Position numbers and translations under genes: made by a program
From: Bacteroidales bacterium
GTDB taxonomy: Bacteria; Bacteroidota; Bacteroidia; Bacteroidales; VadinHA17
DNA length: 64,000 nucleotides
Assembly (NCBI GenBank): GCA_034002785.1
Contig: JAVEZX010000002.1
Coordinates: forward strand, 1,526 to 65,525
Reading direction: 5' to 3'
The notes under the pieces: generated by a model
Seen by the model: only the letters and a program-made list of their open reading frames with translations
Database searches by the model: none
Told to the model about the DNA's origin: nothing
In this document: in pieces, positions 55,986 to 64,000 of the stretch
How positions within the stretch are numbered: position 1 is the first letter of the stretch
Layout of the letters: each line of letters starts with the position of its first letter

Positions 55986-56186
55986 ATGGCAGTACTGAAA
56001 GTAATTGAAGTCCTTGCATCATCACCCGTTAGCTGGGAGGATGCTGCAGCTTCCGCCGTCAAGACGGCAGGGAAAACAGTCAAGGAGATACGCTCTGTAT
56101 ATGTAAAGGAACAGAGTGCGGTTGTTGTAAAGAACAAGATTACCGAATACCGCGTAAATCTGAAAGTAACGTTTGAAGTAATTTAA
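55986..56186 (+). CDS. Dodecin-family (flavin-binding) small protein
   Basis: I chose the start at MAVLKVIEVLASSPVSWEDAAASAVKTAGKTVKEIRSVYVKEQSAVVVKNKITEYRVNLKVTFEVI (66 aa, ATG 55986). This matches the dodecin pattern, and the track's 5' extension looks non-coding. Confidence 0.75.
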   Translation: MAVLKVIEVLASSPVSWEDAAASAVKTAGKTVKEIRSVYVKEQSAVVVKNKITEYRVNLKVTFEVI

Positions 56187-56201
56187 AAACCGGAAAAAAC
56201 T

Positions 56202-56663
56202 ATGGGACTAATTTCATTTATTAAAAATGCGGGAGCAAAAATATTCAAATCCGAAGAGAGACGGGAAGAAGAAAAAGCCAGTCTGATCCTCGGGCACATC
56301 AAAAAGTTCGGATTTGATGTCAGCAAAGTCAGCGTGGTTGTTGATGATGAGAAGGTGATTCTGAAAGGATCTGTTGACACACAGGCAAACAAGAACAAAA
56401 TCATCGTTACTGCCGGTAACATCGAAGGTATTTCACTGGTTGAGGATCACCTGACGGTCACCGTGCCTGAGCCTGTTGCACCTCCCGAACCGGAGAAGCA
56501 GTTCTACACGGTCAAGAAAGGTGATTACCTGTCGAAGATCGCCAAGGCAGTTTACGGCGACGCGAAGAAATACCCGATAATCTTTGAAGCCAACAAACCG
56601 ATGCTCAAGGATCCTGATCTCATTTATCCCGGGCAGGTACTGGTAATTCCTCCCATCAAATAG
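56202..56663 (+). CDS. kbp: BON + LysM domain protein (K+-binding protein Kbp/YgaU homologue)
   Basis: 153 aa, colinear with E. coli Kbp: MGLISFIKNAGAKIF...(BON) VILKGSVDTQANKNKIIVTAGNIEGISLVEDHL...(LysM) YTVKKGDYLSKIAKAVYGDAKKYPIIFEANKPMLKDPDLIYPGQVLVIP. Confidence 0.9.
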   Translation: MGLISFIKNAGAKIFKSEERREEEKASLILGHIKKFGFDVSKVSVVVDDEKVILKGSVDTQANKNKIIVTAGNIEGISLVEDHLTVTVPEPVAPPEPEKQFYTVKKGDYLSKIAKAVYGDAKKYPIIFEANKPMLKDPDLIYPGQVLVIPPIK

Positions 56664-56730
56664 GGTAACGGTGATTTGTTCCGGGTGGCAATAACCGGCC
56701 ATGCCGGTTACCGGATTTAACCTTATTTCC

Positions 56731-56766
56731 GTAGCGACGGGTCTGAAGACCTGTCGCTGCTGTTTT
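56731..56766 (+). terminator. Rho-independent terminator after kbp
   Basis: GTAGCGACGGGTC-tgaa-GACCTGTCGCTGC (G-U wobbles), followed by TGTTTT. A second short palindrome TAACCGGC-cat-GCCGGTTA lies at 56692-56710. Confidence 0.65.
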
Positions 56767-56794
56767 ACATACAACCATCGAACAAATTTCATGT

Positions 56795-56802
56795 TATATT
56801 TG
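56795..56802 (+). promoter_or_regulatory. Candidate -7 promoter box TATATTTG for the Cys/His-rich protein - TonB receptor - HMA unit
   Basis: Matches TAnnTTTG within TATATTTGCAGCC, the same 13-mer found in front of tRNA-Gln. It ends only 5 nt before the GTG start at 56808, implying a leaderless or near-leaderless mRNA. Confidence 0.4.
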
Positions 56803-56807
56803 CAGCC

Positions 56808-57266
56808 GTGAAGAGTATTCGCACCATATCACCCCTCATCTCACTTTTCCTGATCATGCTGATGCTGGCGGGAAGCTCCGGCTTTACCCTCATTCATCAT
56901 ACATGCTTCCACTGCGGTACCGATGAGACAATAGCCACCCTGACCGGTGACCCGATTAAGGCAGACTGCTGCGTCCATCATGAGAGTGCTGCCTGCCGCC
57001 ACGGGGAGTGTGACATAAACCATTATCACAGTACCGGTGCACCGGTCATCTCAGACGATTGCTGCACCCATGAGGCTGAGCGGATCGTTACCGACGAGCT
57101 GGTTCGCACCGAGGTTCCGAGTGAGATTATACCCTACTTTATTGCAGCAACGGTGGTCGCCGTCATCGGTGTCGAGGCGGACAGGAACATCCATTCCTTT
57201 ATTTCCGACAAACCGGTACACCACAACTTCGACCTGACAACAATCCTTTGCAGGCTGCAATCCTGA
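56808..57266 (+). CDS. Small membrane-anchored Cys/His-rich protein (resembles what I recall being annotated as the HYC_CC_PP family)
   Basis: 152 aa with a GTG start. An N-terminal TM segment (ISLFLIMLMLAG) is followed by HHTCFHCG, DCCVHHESAACRHGECDINHYH and DDCCTHE (9 Cys and 12 His in total). A second hydrophobic segment reads IIPYFIAATVVAVIGV. Confidence 0.55.
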   Translation: MKSIRTISPLISLFLIMLMLAGSSGFTLIHHTCFHCGTDETIATLTGDPIKADCCVHHESAACRHGECDINHYHSTGAPVISDDCCTHEAERIVTDELVRTEVPSEIIPYFIAATVVAVIGVEADRNIHSFISDKPVHHNFDLTTILCRLQS

Positions 57267-57404
57267 TTTTTTCATAGAGATACAACATAACCGGGGCAAG
57301 GACTCAGATCCTTCACCCCTGCATATGTTGCGACTGATGCGCAGGCTCCGGGCAAACATCCCGAAGCAGACGCAGGAATTCAATAAGCATTTAATTTATT
57401 CTCT

Positions 57405-59663
57405 ATGAAAAATCTGATAATAATACTTTTACTGATTCTATCACCTTCCCTTGCCTTCACTCAGGGCCACATCGAGGGCAAGATCATGGTTGCAGACGAG
57501 GATGGAACAGGCAGCACTGAGATTCTTCCCGGCGCGAACGTAGTCTGGGCGGGAACCACCACCGGCACCTCTGCCAACGCTGCCGGCTATTTTACACTCA
57601 AAAGGGCCAGGGGACACAACCTTCTTGTGGCCAGCTTTGTCGGCTATAACACTGATACAGTCAGTATAGACTCTGATACTGAATACATCGAAATTTTCCT
57701 CAGGGAGAGCAGCATGATCAGCGAGATCACTGTCATCGGAAGGGCAACAGGAGCACACATTGACAGGGATGCAACTGTCGCCACTGTGAAAATAACTGCC
57801 GCCGAACTCTGCAAGGCAGCCTGCTGCAACCTTTCGGAAAGCTTTGTCACCAATCCCTCCGTCGACGTCAATTATGCCGATGCCGCCACGGGGGCCAAAC
57901 AGATACAGCTTCTGGGACTTGCCGGCTCATATGTGCAGATACTTACTGAAAACATCCCGTCCGTTTACGGGCTCGGGGCAGCTTACGGCCTCAGCTATGT
58001 TCCGGGCCCCTGGATGGAGTCAATCCAGGTATCAAAGGGAACCTCTTCTGTCCGTAACGGCAACGAATCAATAACCGGTCAGATAAATGTCGAATACAAG
58101 AAACCTGCTTCAAGTGAGCTGGTCTTTGTGAACGGCTTCGTAAGCGATGCGGGTAAGATAGAGACCAACGCCAATGCTTCGGTCAGGCTCAGCGACTACT
58201 GGAGCACTATGATCCTCGGACACGGTGAAACTCAATCCGGCGCCAGTGATCATAACCACGACGGTTTCCGTGATGAGCCTGATGTAAGGCAGTACAGCTT
58301 CATGAACCGTTGGGATTACCTGAGCAACAACCTTACCTTCCGGGCAGGAATCAAGTATATGCAGGAAGAGAGGATCGGCGGTGAGTTCGATTATGACCCC
58401 GGTGACAACAACACCTGGGACAGCGGCTACGGGATAAATATCGGTACGGAGAGAGCTGAAGCCTTTACAAAGCTTGGAGGCATGTTCGGCCCGTCAGACA
58501 ACATGTCGGTGGGCTGGATCCAGAGCATGACCTTCCATGACATGAAATCATGGCTCGGCTTCAACAGGTATGACGCTACCCAGAGGAGCTATTACACCAA
58601 CCTGCTCTACCAGTACTTCCCGGCCGAGAAACACACAATTGACGCCGGAGCCAGCTATCGTTATGACCATTATGATGAACTGCACGGCATCTACAGACCG
58701 CTGGTCGGACAGACCGTGGCAGCCCTTGACGCGGAGACTGTTGAGTCTGTTCCCGGTGTCTTTATGCAGTACACCTACACTGATTCGGCAAAGGTGACCC
58801 TTCTTGCAGGGGTACGTTATGATTTCTACAGGAACCATGGAGCACAATTCACTCCACGGATTCACCTTCGTTATGAGATCCTGCCGAAACTGACCCTCAG
58901 GGCATCGGCGGGCAAAGGTTACAGAACCGTGCATGTGCTTGCAGAAAACATGTATTTCCTGGCCAGCAGCCGGGAGATGATCATTGACAGTGACCTGGAT
59001 ATCGAAGAGGCATGGAATGCCGGTATCAACCTGACAGGCTATATCCCCGTGGGGGGACGTGAACTCCGGCTTACAGGCGAGGCATACCGCACCAGCTTTA
59101 TAAAGCAGATAGTGACGGATTTCGACACGGATATCGACCGTGTGCACTTCTATAACCTCGATGGCAGATCATGGTCAAATGTGTTCCAGATCGAAGCACA
59201 GATACAGCCGGTTACCGGACTGGACATTACTGCCGCCTGGAGATGGAATGACGTGTGGCAGACAATCGGCGGAGAACTTCGCGAAAAGCCTCTCTCCTCG
59301 CGCTATAAGGGACTGCTGACTGCCTCATACACAACCAGGATGAGGAAATGGCAGGTTGACTATACGCTGCAGTACAACGGCCCCGGAAGGATCCCATCCA
59401 CCATGGCCAATCCCGAACCTTACAGGAGACACGAGAGCTTCAGCGCATATCCGGTCATGAACGCCCAGGTGACAAAGTACTTCAGGAAATGGAGCGTATA
59501 TATCGGCTCCGAGAACATCACAGGCTCAAGACAGCATGAGGCGCTGATCGCACCGGAAGATCCCTTTGGCCCGTATTTTGACGGGGCAATGATATGGGGT
59601 CCGGTACATGGCAGAAAGCTCTATGCAGGATTCAGGTTCGCACTGGACCACCCGCAAAATTGA
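57405..59663 (+). CDS. TonB-dependent outer-membrane receptor with N-terminal carboxypeptidase-regulatory-like domain
   Basis: 752 aa with a signal peptide. CarboxypepD_reg-like region (IEGKIMVADEDG...GANVVWAGTTTGTSANAAGYFTL). Plug region (SPSVDVNYADAATGAKQIQLLGL...VSKGTSSVRNGNESITGQINV). The barrel has an aromatic near its C-terminus (YAGFRFAL). Confidence 0.85.
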   Translation: MKNLIIILLLILSPSLAFTQGHIEGKIMVADEDGTGSTEILPGANVVWAGTTTGTSANAAGYFTLKRARGHNLLVASFVGYNTDTVSIDSDTEYIEIFLRESSMISEITVIGRATGAHIDRDATVATVKITAAELCKAACCNLSESFVTNPSVDVNYADAATGAKQIQLLGLAGSYVQILTENIPSVYGLGAAYGLSYVPGPWMESIQVSKGTSSVRNGNESITGQINVEYKKPASSELVFVNGFVSDAGKIETNANASVRLSDYWSTMILGHGETQSGASDHNHDGFRDEPDVRQYSFMNRWDYLSNNLTFRAGIKYMQEERIGGEFDYDPGDNNTWDSGYGINIGTERAEAFTKLGGMFGPSDNMSVGWIQSMTFHDMKSWLGFNRYDATQRSYYTNLLYQYFPAEKHTIDAGASYRYDHYDELHGIYRPLVGQTVAALDAETVESVPGVFMQYTYTDSAKVTLLAGVRYDFYRNHGAQFTPRIHLRYEILPKLTLRASAGKGYRTVHVLAENMYFLASSREMIIDSDLDIEEAWNAGINLTGYIPVGGRELRLTGEAYRTSFIKQIVTDFDTDIDRVHFYNLDGRSWSNVFQIEAQIQPVTGLDITAAWRWNDVWQTIGGELREKPLSSRYKGLLTASYTTRMRKWQVDYTLQYNGPGRIPSTMANPEPYRRHESFSAYPVMNAQVTKYFRKWSVYIGSENITGSRQHEALIAPEDPFGPYFDGAMIWGPVHGRKLYAGFRFALDHPQN

Positions 59664-59687
59664 AACACAAATCAATAAATCAATACA

Positions 59688-60017
59688 ATGAAAAGAAACA
59701 GTCTATTTACAGCTCTTCTTCTGTTTATCTTCTCATCAGTGGCACTGAATGCACAGGAGAAAACCAAAAAGGAACTTCAGACAGTCAGGTTCGAAACCAG
59801 CATCGACTGTGAGAACTGTGTTAACACAATAATGAAGAATATCCCGTACATCAAGGGGGTAAAGGATGTGAAATGTGATCTCGCTACTAAGGAGGTCACC
59901 GTTAAGTACCAGGACGGCAAGACCAGTTCCGAAGTGCTTAAAAGGTCGATCGAGAAGCTGGGATATACCGCAAAGGAAGTGACTGAAAAGAAAAAAGAAG
60001 AAGGGACACAGCAGTAA
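59688..60017 (+). CDS. Secreted heavy-metal-associated (HMA) domain protein
   Basis: Signal peptide (LLFIFSSVALNAQE). HMA fold with a CxxC motif (VRFETSIDCENCVNTI...VKCDLATKEVTVKY...IEKLGYTAKE). Lys/Glu-rich tail. Confidence 0.8.
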   Translation: MKRNSLFTALLLFIFSSVALNAQEKTKKELQTVRFETSIDCENCVNTIMKNIPYIKGVKDVKCDLATKEVTVKYQDGKTSSEVLKRSIEKLGYTAKEVTEKKKEEGTQQ

Positions 60018-60034
60018 AACCGGCTGTAAAGTTT

Positions 60035-60042
60035 TACTTTTG
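60035..60042 (+). promoter_or_regulatory. Candidate -7 promoter box TACTTTTG for the serine hydrolase gene
   Basis: Matches TAnnTTTG, 32 nt upstream of the ATG at 60075. Confidence 0.35.
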
Positions 60043-60074
60043 GGTATCGACAGAAAACCCGTAACTGATACCCT

Positions 60075-61628
60075 ATGAAACTCTTCTCTTTCTCTTCATT
60101 CATCGCAGCTTTGATACTCCTTGCCCTTTCAGGAGGATGTAAGAACCCGGCTCCCGCCAATACTTCTCTGCCCCGAAGCACTCCGGAGGCTGAAGGGGTT
60201 TCGTCTGAAGAGCTGCTTACATTTCTTGATTCAGTGGCAACCGGAAGTCACGAGTTTCACAGCATAATGATTCTCCGTCACGGGAAGGTGATAGCCGAGG
60301 GATGGTGGAATCCTTACAGCCCGGAGCTGAGGCATACCCTTTACTCCGTGAGCAAAAGCTTCACATCTACCGCTGTTGGCTTCGCCGTCACGGAAAAACT
60401 GCTCAGCACTGATGATAAAGTGGTGTCGTTCTTCCCTGATCAGCTTCCGGATACAGTGTCACCCTTCCTTGCAGACATGACTGTCAGGGATCTCCTGACG
60501 ATGACTGCCGGCCAGGATCCCGATCCGTCCAATGATATTACCTCCTCGGGTGGCAACTGGGTACCGGCATTTCTCAGCCTTCCTGTAGTAAACGATCCTG
60601 GAAGCAAGTTCCTGTACAATTCAATGGCCACATTCATGCTGTCAGCCATAGTGCAGAAGGCAACCGGAGAAAAGGTGGCCGACTATCTCCAGCCTCGCCT
60701 CTTCGGGCCGCTGGGTATTGAGGGGATAGACTGGGAATCGAGTCCTGAAGGCATTAACGCCGGCGGATGGGGCCTGCGTGTAAAAACCGAGGATATGGCC
60801 AAATTCGGCCAGCTCTATCTTCAGAAGGGATTATGGAACGGGAAACAGTTAATCCCGGCAGAATGGGTTGAGGAAGCCACCTCGTTCAAGATTGACCAGG
60901 CGCCGGATGCCACACCGGAGACAAGGGCCGGCAACGACTGGGTCCAGGGATACTGCTACCAGTTCTGGCGCAGCCGTAACAACAGCTACAGGGCTGACGG
61001 AGCCTTCGGCCAGTACATCATGGTGATACCTGAGAAGGATGCCGTGGTTGCCATAACCTCTGAATCACATGACATGCAGGATGTAATGAATATGGTCTGG
61101 AACCAGATACTGCCTGCAATGAAAGAGGAAGCGCTGCCGGAGAACCGGTCAGCAGCAGAAGAGCTGAAGACAAGACTTGCCTCACTGGTATTGCCGGTCC
61201 CGGCAAAAGCGGAAGACTCTCCCATCGCCGAAACCATCCGGAACAAAAGATTCCTGCTGGAAGATAACAACCTTAAACTCAAATATCTCACCCTTGACTT
61301 TGCCGGGGATGCCTGCAGCTTGTCACTCGGAAACGGAGAGACCGTCCGGACGATACCCTTTGGCAGAGGTGAGTGGATAACCTCCAGTACGGAGATGGGG
61401 GGACCCGGCATTCTGCGTAAGCCCGGAGCATCTCCCGCAAACCTGGTGGCAGGAGCCTGCACATGGGAGGATGACTCTACCTTCGTGCTTATACTCAGGT
61501 ATCTAGAGAGTCCTCATCACTTGAAAATTACCTGTAGTTTCGGAGGTGATACGGCCGTGGTAAAAATCAGGCAGAGCACACCTCCCGGCTATGACCTGCC
61601 GGTATTAAAGGGGGTGATGGCCAGGTAG
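60075..61628 (+). CDS. Serine hydrolase of the beta-lactamase (class C / PBP4*-like) family, lipoprotein
   Basis: Lipobox (LSGGC). SxxK motif in YSVSKSFTSTAVG and a YxN motif (LYNSMATF). It has an extra ~150-aa C-terminal beta-rich domain. Confidence 0.8.
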   Translation: MKLFSFSSFIAALILLALSGGCKNPAPANTSLPRSTPEAEGVSSEELLTFLDSVATGSHEFHSIMILRHGKVIAEGWWNPYSPELRHTLYSVSKSFTSTAVGFAVTEKLLSTDDKVVSFFPDQLPDTVSPFLADMTVRDLLTMTAGQDPDPSNDITSSGGNWVPAFLSLPVVNDPGSKFLYNSMATFMLSAIVQKATGEKVADYLQPRLFGPLGIEGIDWESSPEGINAGGWGLRVKTEDMAKFGQLYLQKGLWNGKQLIPAEWVEEATSFKIDQAPDATPETRAGNDWVQGYCYQFWRSRNNSYRADGAFGQYIMVIPEKDAVVAITSESHDMQDVMNMVWNQILPAMKEEALPENRSAAEELKTRLASLVLPVPAKAEDSPIAETIRNKRFLLEDNNLKLKYLTLDFAGDACSLSLGNGETVRTIPFGRGEWITSSTEMGGPGILRKPGASPANLVAGACTWEDDSTFVLILRYLESPHHLKITCSFGGDTAVVKIRQSTPPGYDLPVLKGVMAR

Positions 61629-61636
61629 GTGATTAA

Positions 61637-62371
61637 CTATATTGCCTCAGCTGTTCCCGCCAGTTCCCTGATGACAACCGAGGCGCAGGCTATGCCGAAC
61701 GCGGCAGGCATGTAAGACATCGTCCCCACGCTGGATGCCTTGTTGCTCTCATCAGAGCCTCTTACTATGAGATTCTTGTCAACCACCTCCGGGCTGTAAA
61801 CAGCTGTGAACCCCTCATGTACGCCAAGCTTATGAAGCTTCTTGCGCAGCATCCTTGCCAGGTTGCAGAAGTTTGTCTCAGAGATATCGGCTATCCTTAT
61901 GGCGGTGGGGTCATATTTGCCCCCTGCTCCCATCGAACTTACAACCCGGAGGTTCAGTCTCAGGGAATGGTAAACCAGGAAAACCTTGGGCGACAGGGTG
62001 TCAATTGCATCCACCACAAAGTCATACTTCTCCTCCTCAAGGATGTCTGTCATCCTCTGATCGCGGATGAACTCCGGTAGGATCCTCAGCCGGAGCTCAG
62101 GGTTTATGTCTAGCAACCTCTCCCCCATCACTTCAGCCTTCTTCCTGCCAGTTGTTGATGTGAGTGCCGGCAACTGCCTGTTCCGGTTTGCAGCAGTCAC
62201 CACATCACCGTCGATGATTGTCATGGCCCCCACCCCGGCCCTGCATATCATCTCTGCCGCCCATGAGCCTACGCCGCCCAGCCCTGCCACCAGGACATGT
62301 GAACTCTTCAGCCTTTCCAGGGCCTCGGGGCCAAGGAGCATCTCGGTGCGTGAAAGCCATCCCTCCGTCAC
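61637..62371 (-). CDS. tcdA: tRNA threonylcarbamoyladenosine dehydratase (ThiF/MoeB-type E1-like)
   Basis: 244 aa. Rossmann motif VLVAGLGGVGSWAAEMICRAGVG. Also present are IIDGDVVTAANRNRQ and the TcdA-type C-terminal part. Its start overlaps the TatD-like stop by 4 nt. Confidence 0.8.
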   Translation of the reverse strand: MTEGWLSRTEMLLGPEALERLKSSHVLVAGLGGVGSWAAEMICRAGVGAMTIIDGDVVTAANRNRQLPALTSTTGRKKAEVMGERLLDINPELRLRILPEFIRDQRMTDILEEEKYDFVVDAIDTLSPKVFLVYHSLRLNLRVVSSMGAGGKYDPTAIRIADISETNFCNLARMLRKKLHKLGVHEGFTAVYSPEVVDKNLIVRGSDESNKASSVGTMSYMPAAFGIACASVVIRELAGTAEAI

Positions 62372-63039
62372 AGGCTGAAGTTTAAGAGTGAGTTGAAATT
62401 CTTGCGGATAAGTCCCTCTGTGCCTGGCTCATCATACCCGGCAGCAGCCCCGAAGAGCCGGTATACCTCCCCTATCTGCCCGCCGGAATCGTCAGTCTCC
62501 AGCAGCATCTTTTCGTGGGAGACCGACCCAAGCACCTCAGCTGTCAGTCCTTTTGCTCCCAGCGAGAACCAGAATCCCTCCCCGGCCAGCGATGCTGCCA
62601 GGCTGCCGCTTCCTCTGAATCCGTGGATGACCCAGGGGCGGCCGGGTTTGACCTCCCTGCGCGCACGCCTCAGTTCATCCCACCCTTTGACACAATGGAT
62701 CACCAGAGGCTTCCCTATCTCCTCCGCAATGTGAGCCTGGAAAAGAAAGGCACGGTACTGCGTCTCCCCCTGCGCCCCGCGAAGCCGGTCGAACCCGGCC
62801 TCACCAATCATTACAACATGCGGGTGGGCAACGGTCAGCAGCAGCTCCGTCTGCAGCTCTGACAGGTTATCCTCAGTCAGCTGCCATGGGTGAATGCCTG
62901 CGGAAAAGAGAGTATTCGCAGGAAAATTGTCAGGCACCTCATCTCCGGCCATCAGGTTCACCATCCTGACCGTATCATCAGCGCCAGTTAGACTATGTGT
63001 ATGAAAATCGATAAATCGTATGTTGGCTGACTGCTTCAT
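62368..63039 (-). CDS. TatD-family metal-dependent hydrolase
   Basis: 223 aa. The N-terminal metal-binding motif is FIDFHTHS. Also present are IGEAGFD and PLVIHCV. There are 4-nt overlaps with both neighbours (gltX stop, tcdA start). Confidence 0.65.
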   Translation of the reverse strand: MKQSANIRFIDFHTHSLTGADDTVRMVNLMAGDEVPDNFPANTLFSAGIHPWQLTEDNLSELQTELLLTVAHPHVVMIGEAGFDRLRGAQGETQYRAFLFQAHIAEEIGKPLVIHCVKGWDELRRARREVKPGRPWVIHGFRGSGSLAASLAGEGFWFSLGAKGLTAEVLGSVSHEKMLLETDDSGGQIGEVYRLFGAAAGYDEPGTEGLIRKNFNSLLNFSL

Positions 63040-64000
63040 GAGGCAGATGCTGAGAGTCGCATGATACCGTTATCCATCCGGTGCAGCGTCTCCTCCCTGC
63101 CTATCAGGCCTGCAATGTCAAAAAGGTGCGGACCTCTTGAGGCTCCTACAAGCAGGAGCCTGAACAGGTTGAGCATGGCTCCGGTGTTGTATCCCTTTGA
63201 GGCAATCCACTCTTTTACTGCCGGCTCAAGCACCTCCGGGACGAAGGGATTCACGGATGCAACCATCTCTCGCAGCTCAGTCAGCTGCCGGGGAGCATCA
63301 GCATTCCACCGTTTCCTGACAACATCACCGTCATAGCTTTCCGGTGCAACAAAGAAGAAATCAGCCTCGTTCCAGAGATCCTTCACGAATCCGGCTCTCT
63401 CCTTTACAAGCGAGACTATCCTCACAAGTGTGGTATGATCAGGCCCGTATCCCTTTTGGTTCACCAGAGGCATGAAGAGCTCTGCCAGCTCCTCACTGCT
63501 CTTCATCTGGAAATATTTCGTATTGAACCACTTTGCCTTCTCGGGATCAAATCGCGAGCCCGACTTCCCCACCCTGTCAATTGTGAATGCATCAATCAGC
63601 TCGTTCATTGTGAAGATCTCCTGTTCCGTTCCCGGGTTCCATCCCAGGAGAGCGAGCATATTCACAAATGCTTCGGGGAAGTAGCCCTCTTCGCGGTATC
63701 CCGAGGCTGTTTCGCCGTATGGCCAGTAGAGCGGAAATACGGGAAATCCCATCTTGTCACCGTCACGCTTGCTCAGCTTCCCTTTCCCGGTGGGTTTGAG
63801 AAGCAGCGGCAGGTGTGCAAACAACGGCGCCTCCCAGCCAAAGCTCCGGTACAGCATCACATGCAGGGGAAGCGACGGAAGCCACTCCTCTCCCCTGATG
63901 ACATGCGAAATCTCCATCAGATGGTCATCAACTATGTTAGCCAGGTGGTAAGTCGGCATGCCATCTGACTTGTAGAGTACCTTATCATCCAGAGTGGAGG
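63036..64000 (-). CDS. gltX: Glutamate--tRNA ligase, C-terminal ~320 codons (5' end beyond the right window edge)
   Basis: The reading frame stays open to the window edge. Translation upstream of the track's Met reads ...STLDDKVLYKSDGMPTYHLANIVDDHLMEISHVIRGEEWLPSLPLH, which is the GltX signature, followed by KLSKRDG (KMSKS-type loop). Confidence 0.9.
   Translation of the reverse strand, partial: STLDDKVLYKSDGMPTYHLANIVDDHLMEISHVIRGEEWLPSLPLHVMLYRSFGWEAPLFAHLPLLLKPTGKGKLSKRDGDKMGFPVFPLYWPYGETASGYREEGYFPEAFVNMLALLGWNPGTEQEIFTMNELIDAFTIDRVGKSGSRFDPEKAKWFNTKYFQMKSSEELAELFMPLVNQKGYGPDHTTLVRIVSLVKERAGFVKDLWNEADFFFVAPESYDGDVVRKRWNADAPRQLTELREMVASVNPFVPEVLEPAVKEWIASKGYNTGAMLNLFRLLLVGASRGPHLFDIAGLIGREETLHRMDNGIMRLSASAS

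Noticed and set aside
57267-57404. Possible riboswitch (for example cobalamin) in the 138-nt GC-rich spacer upstream of the TonB-dependent receptor
   Set aside because: I could not find a B12-box-like element or any other riboswitch core I recognise. There is only a simple hairpin (57293-57319). An Rfam scan would be needed to overturn this.

Overview
This is a chromosomal segment from a Bacteroidota genome. Supporting evidence: SusC/SusD pairs, lipoprotein signals, a T9SS C-terminal sorting domain, and recurrent TAnnTTTG -7 promoter boxes. No rRNA, CRISPR array, transposase or integrase is visible. The left half (1-32.7 kb) is one very large polysaccharide-utilisation supercluster made of three units. 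(i) susC, susD, two IPT/TIG surface glycan-binding-type proteins, a secreted CBM-GH26-unknown-domain-T9SS enzyme, GH31 (PA14), a CE7-like esterase and GH2, all on the minus strand. (ii) An AraC regulator divergent from GH5, GH26, GH130 mannosylglucose phosphorylase and cellobiose 2-epimerase. The epimerase runs off the left edge and is missing from the ORF track. (iii) A degenerate-Nudix (NrtR/AraR-like) regulator, an SSS symporter, a GH94 cellobiose-phosphorylase-like enzyme, GH9, and a Tat-signal enolase-superfamily epimerase. My best candidate for something new is the combination of two cytoplasmic phosphorylases (GH130 + GH94) with the epimerase under AraC and Nudix-type control. This looks like an all-phosphorolytic glucomannan / mixed hemicellulose route. 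Related candidates are the chimeric secreted GH26-X enzyme and the Tat-exported enolase-family protein. The right half (33-64 kb) holds housekeeping and envelope genes: folB, glnS with its cognate tRNA-Gln(CUG), YitT, a DUF2264-like protein, an AEC transporter, an OmpR/HK two-component system, a class A PBP, an M48 peptidase, hflKC, mscL, dodecin, kbp/ygaU, tcdA, tatD-like and gltX (partial). Interspersed are uncharacterised modules: a Cys/His-rich membrane protein with a TonB-dependent receptor and a periplasmic HMA protein; a beta-barrel with a BACON/propeller lipoprotein; tandem lipoproteins; and a membrane protein with an HTH_34 regulator. All family assignments come from reading the translated sequences and motifs. 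No database search was run.
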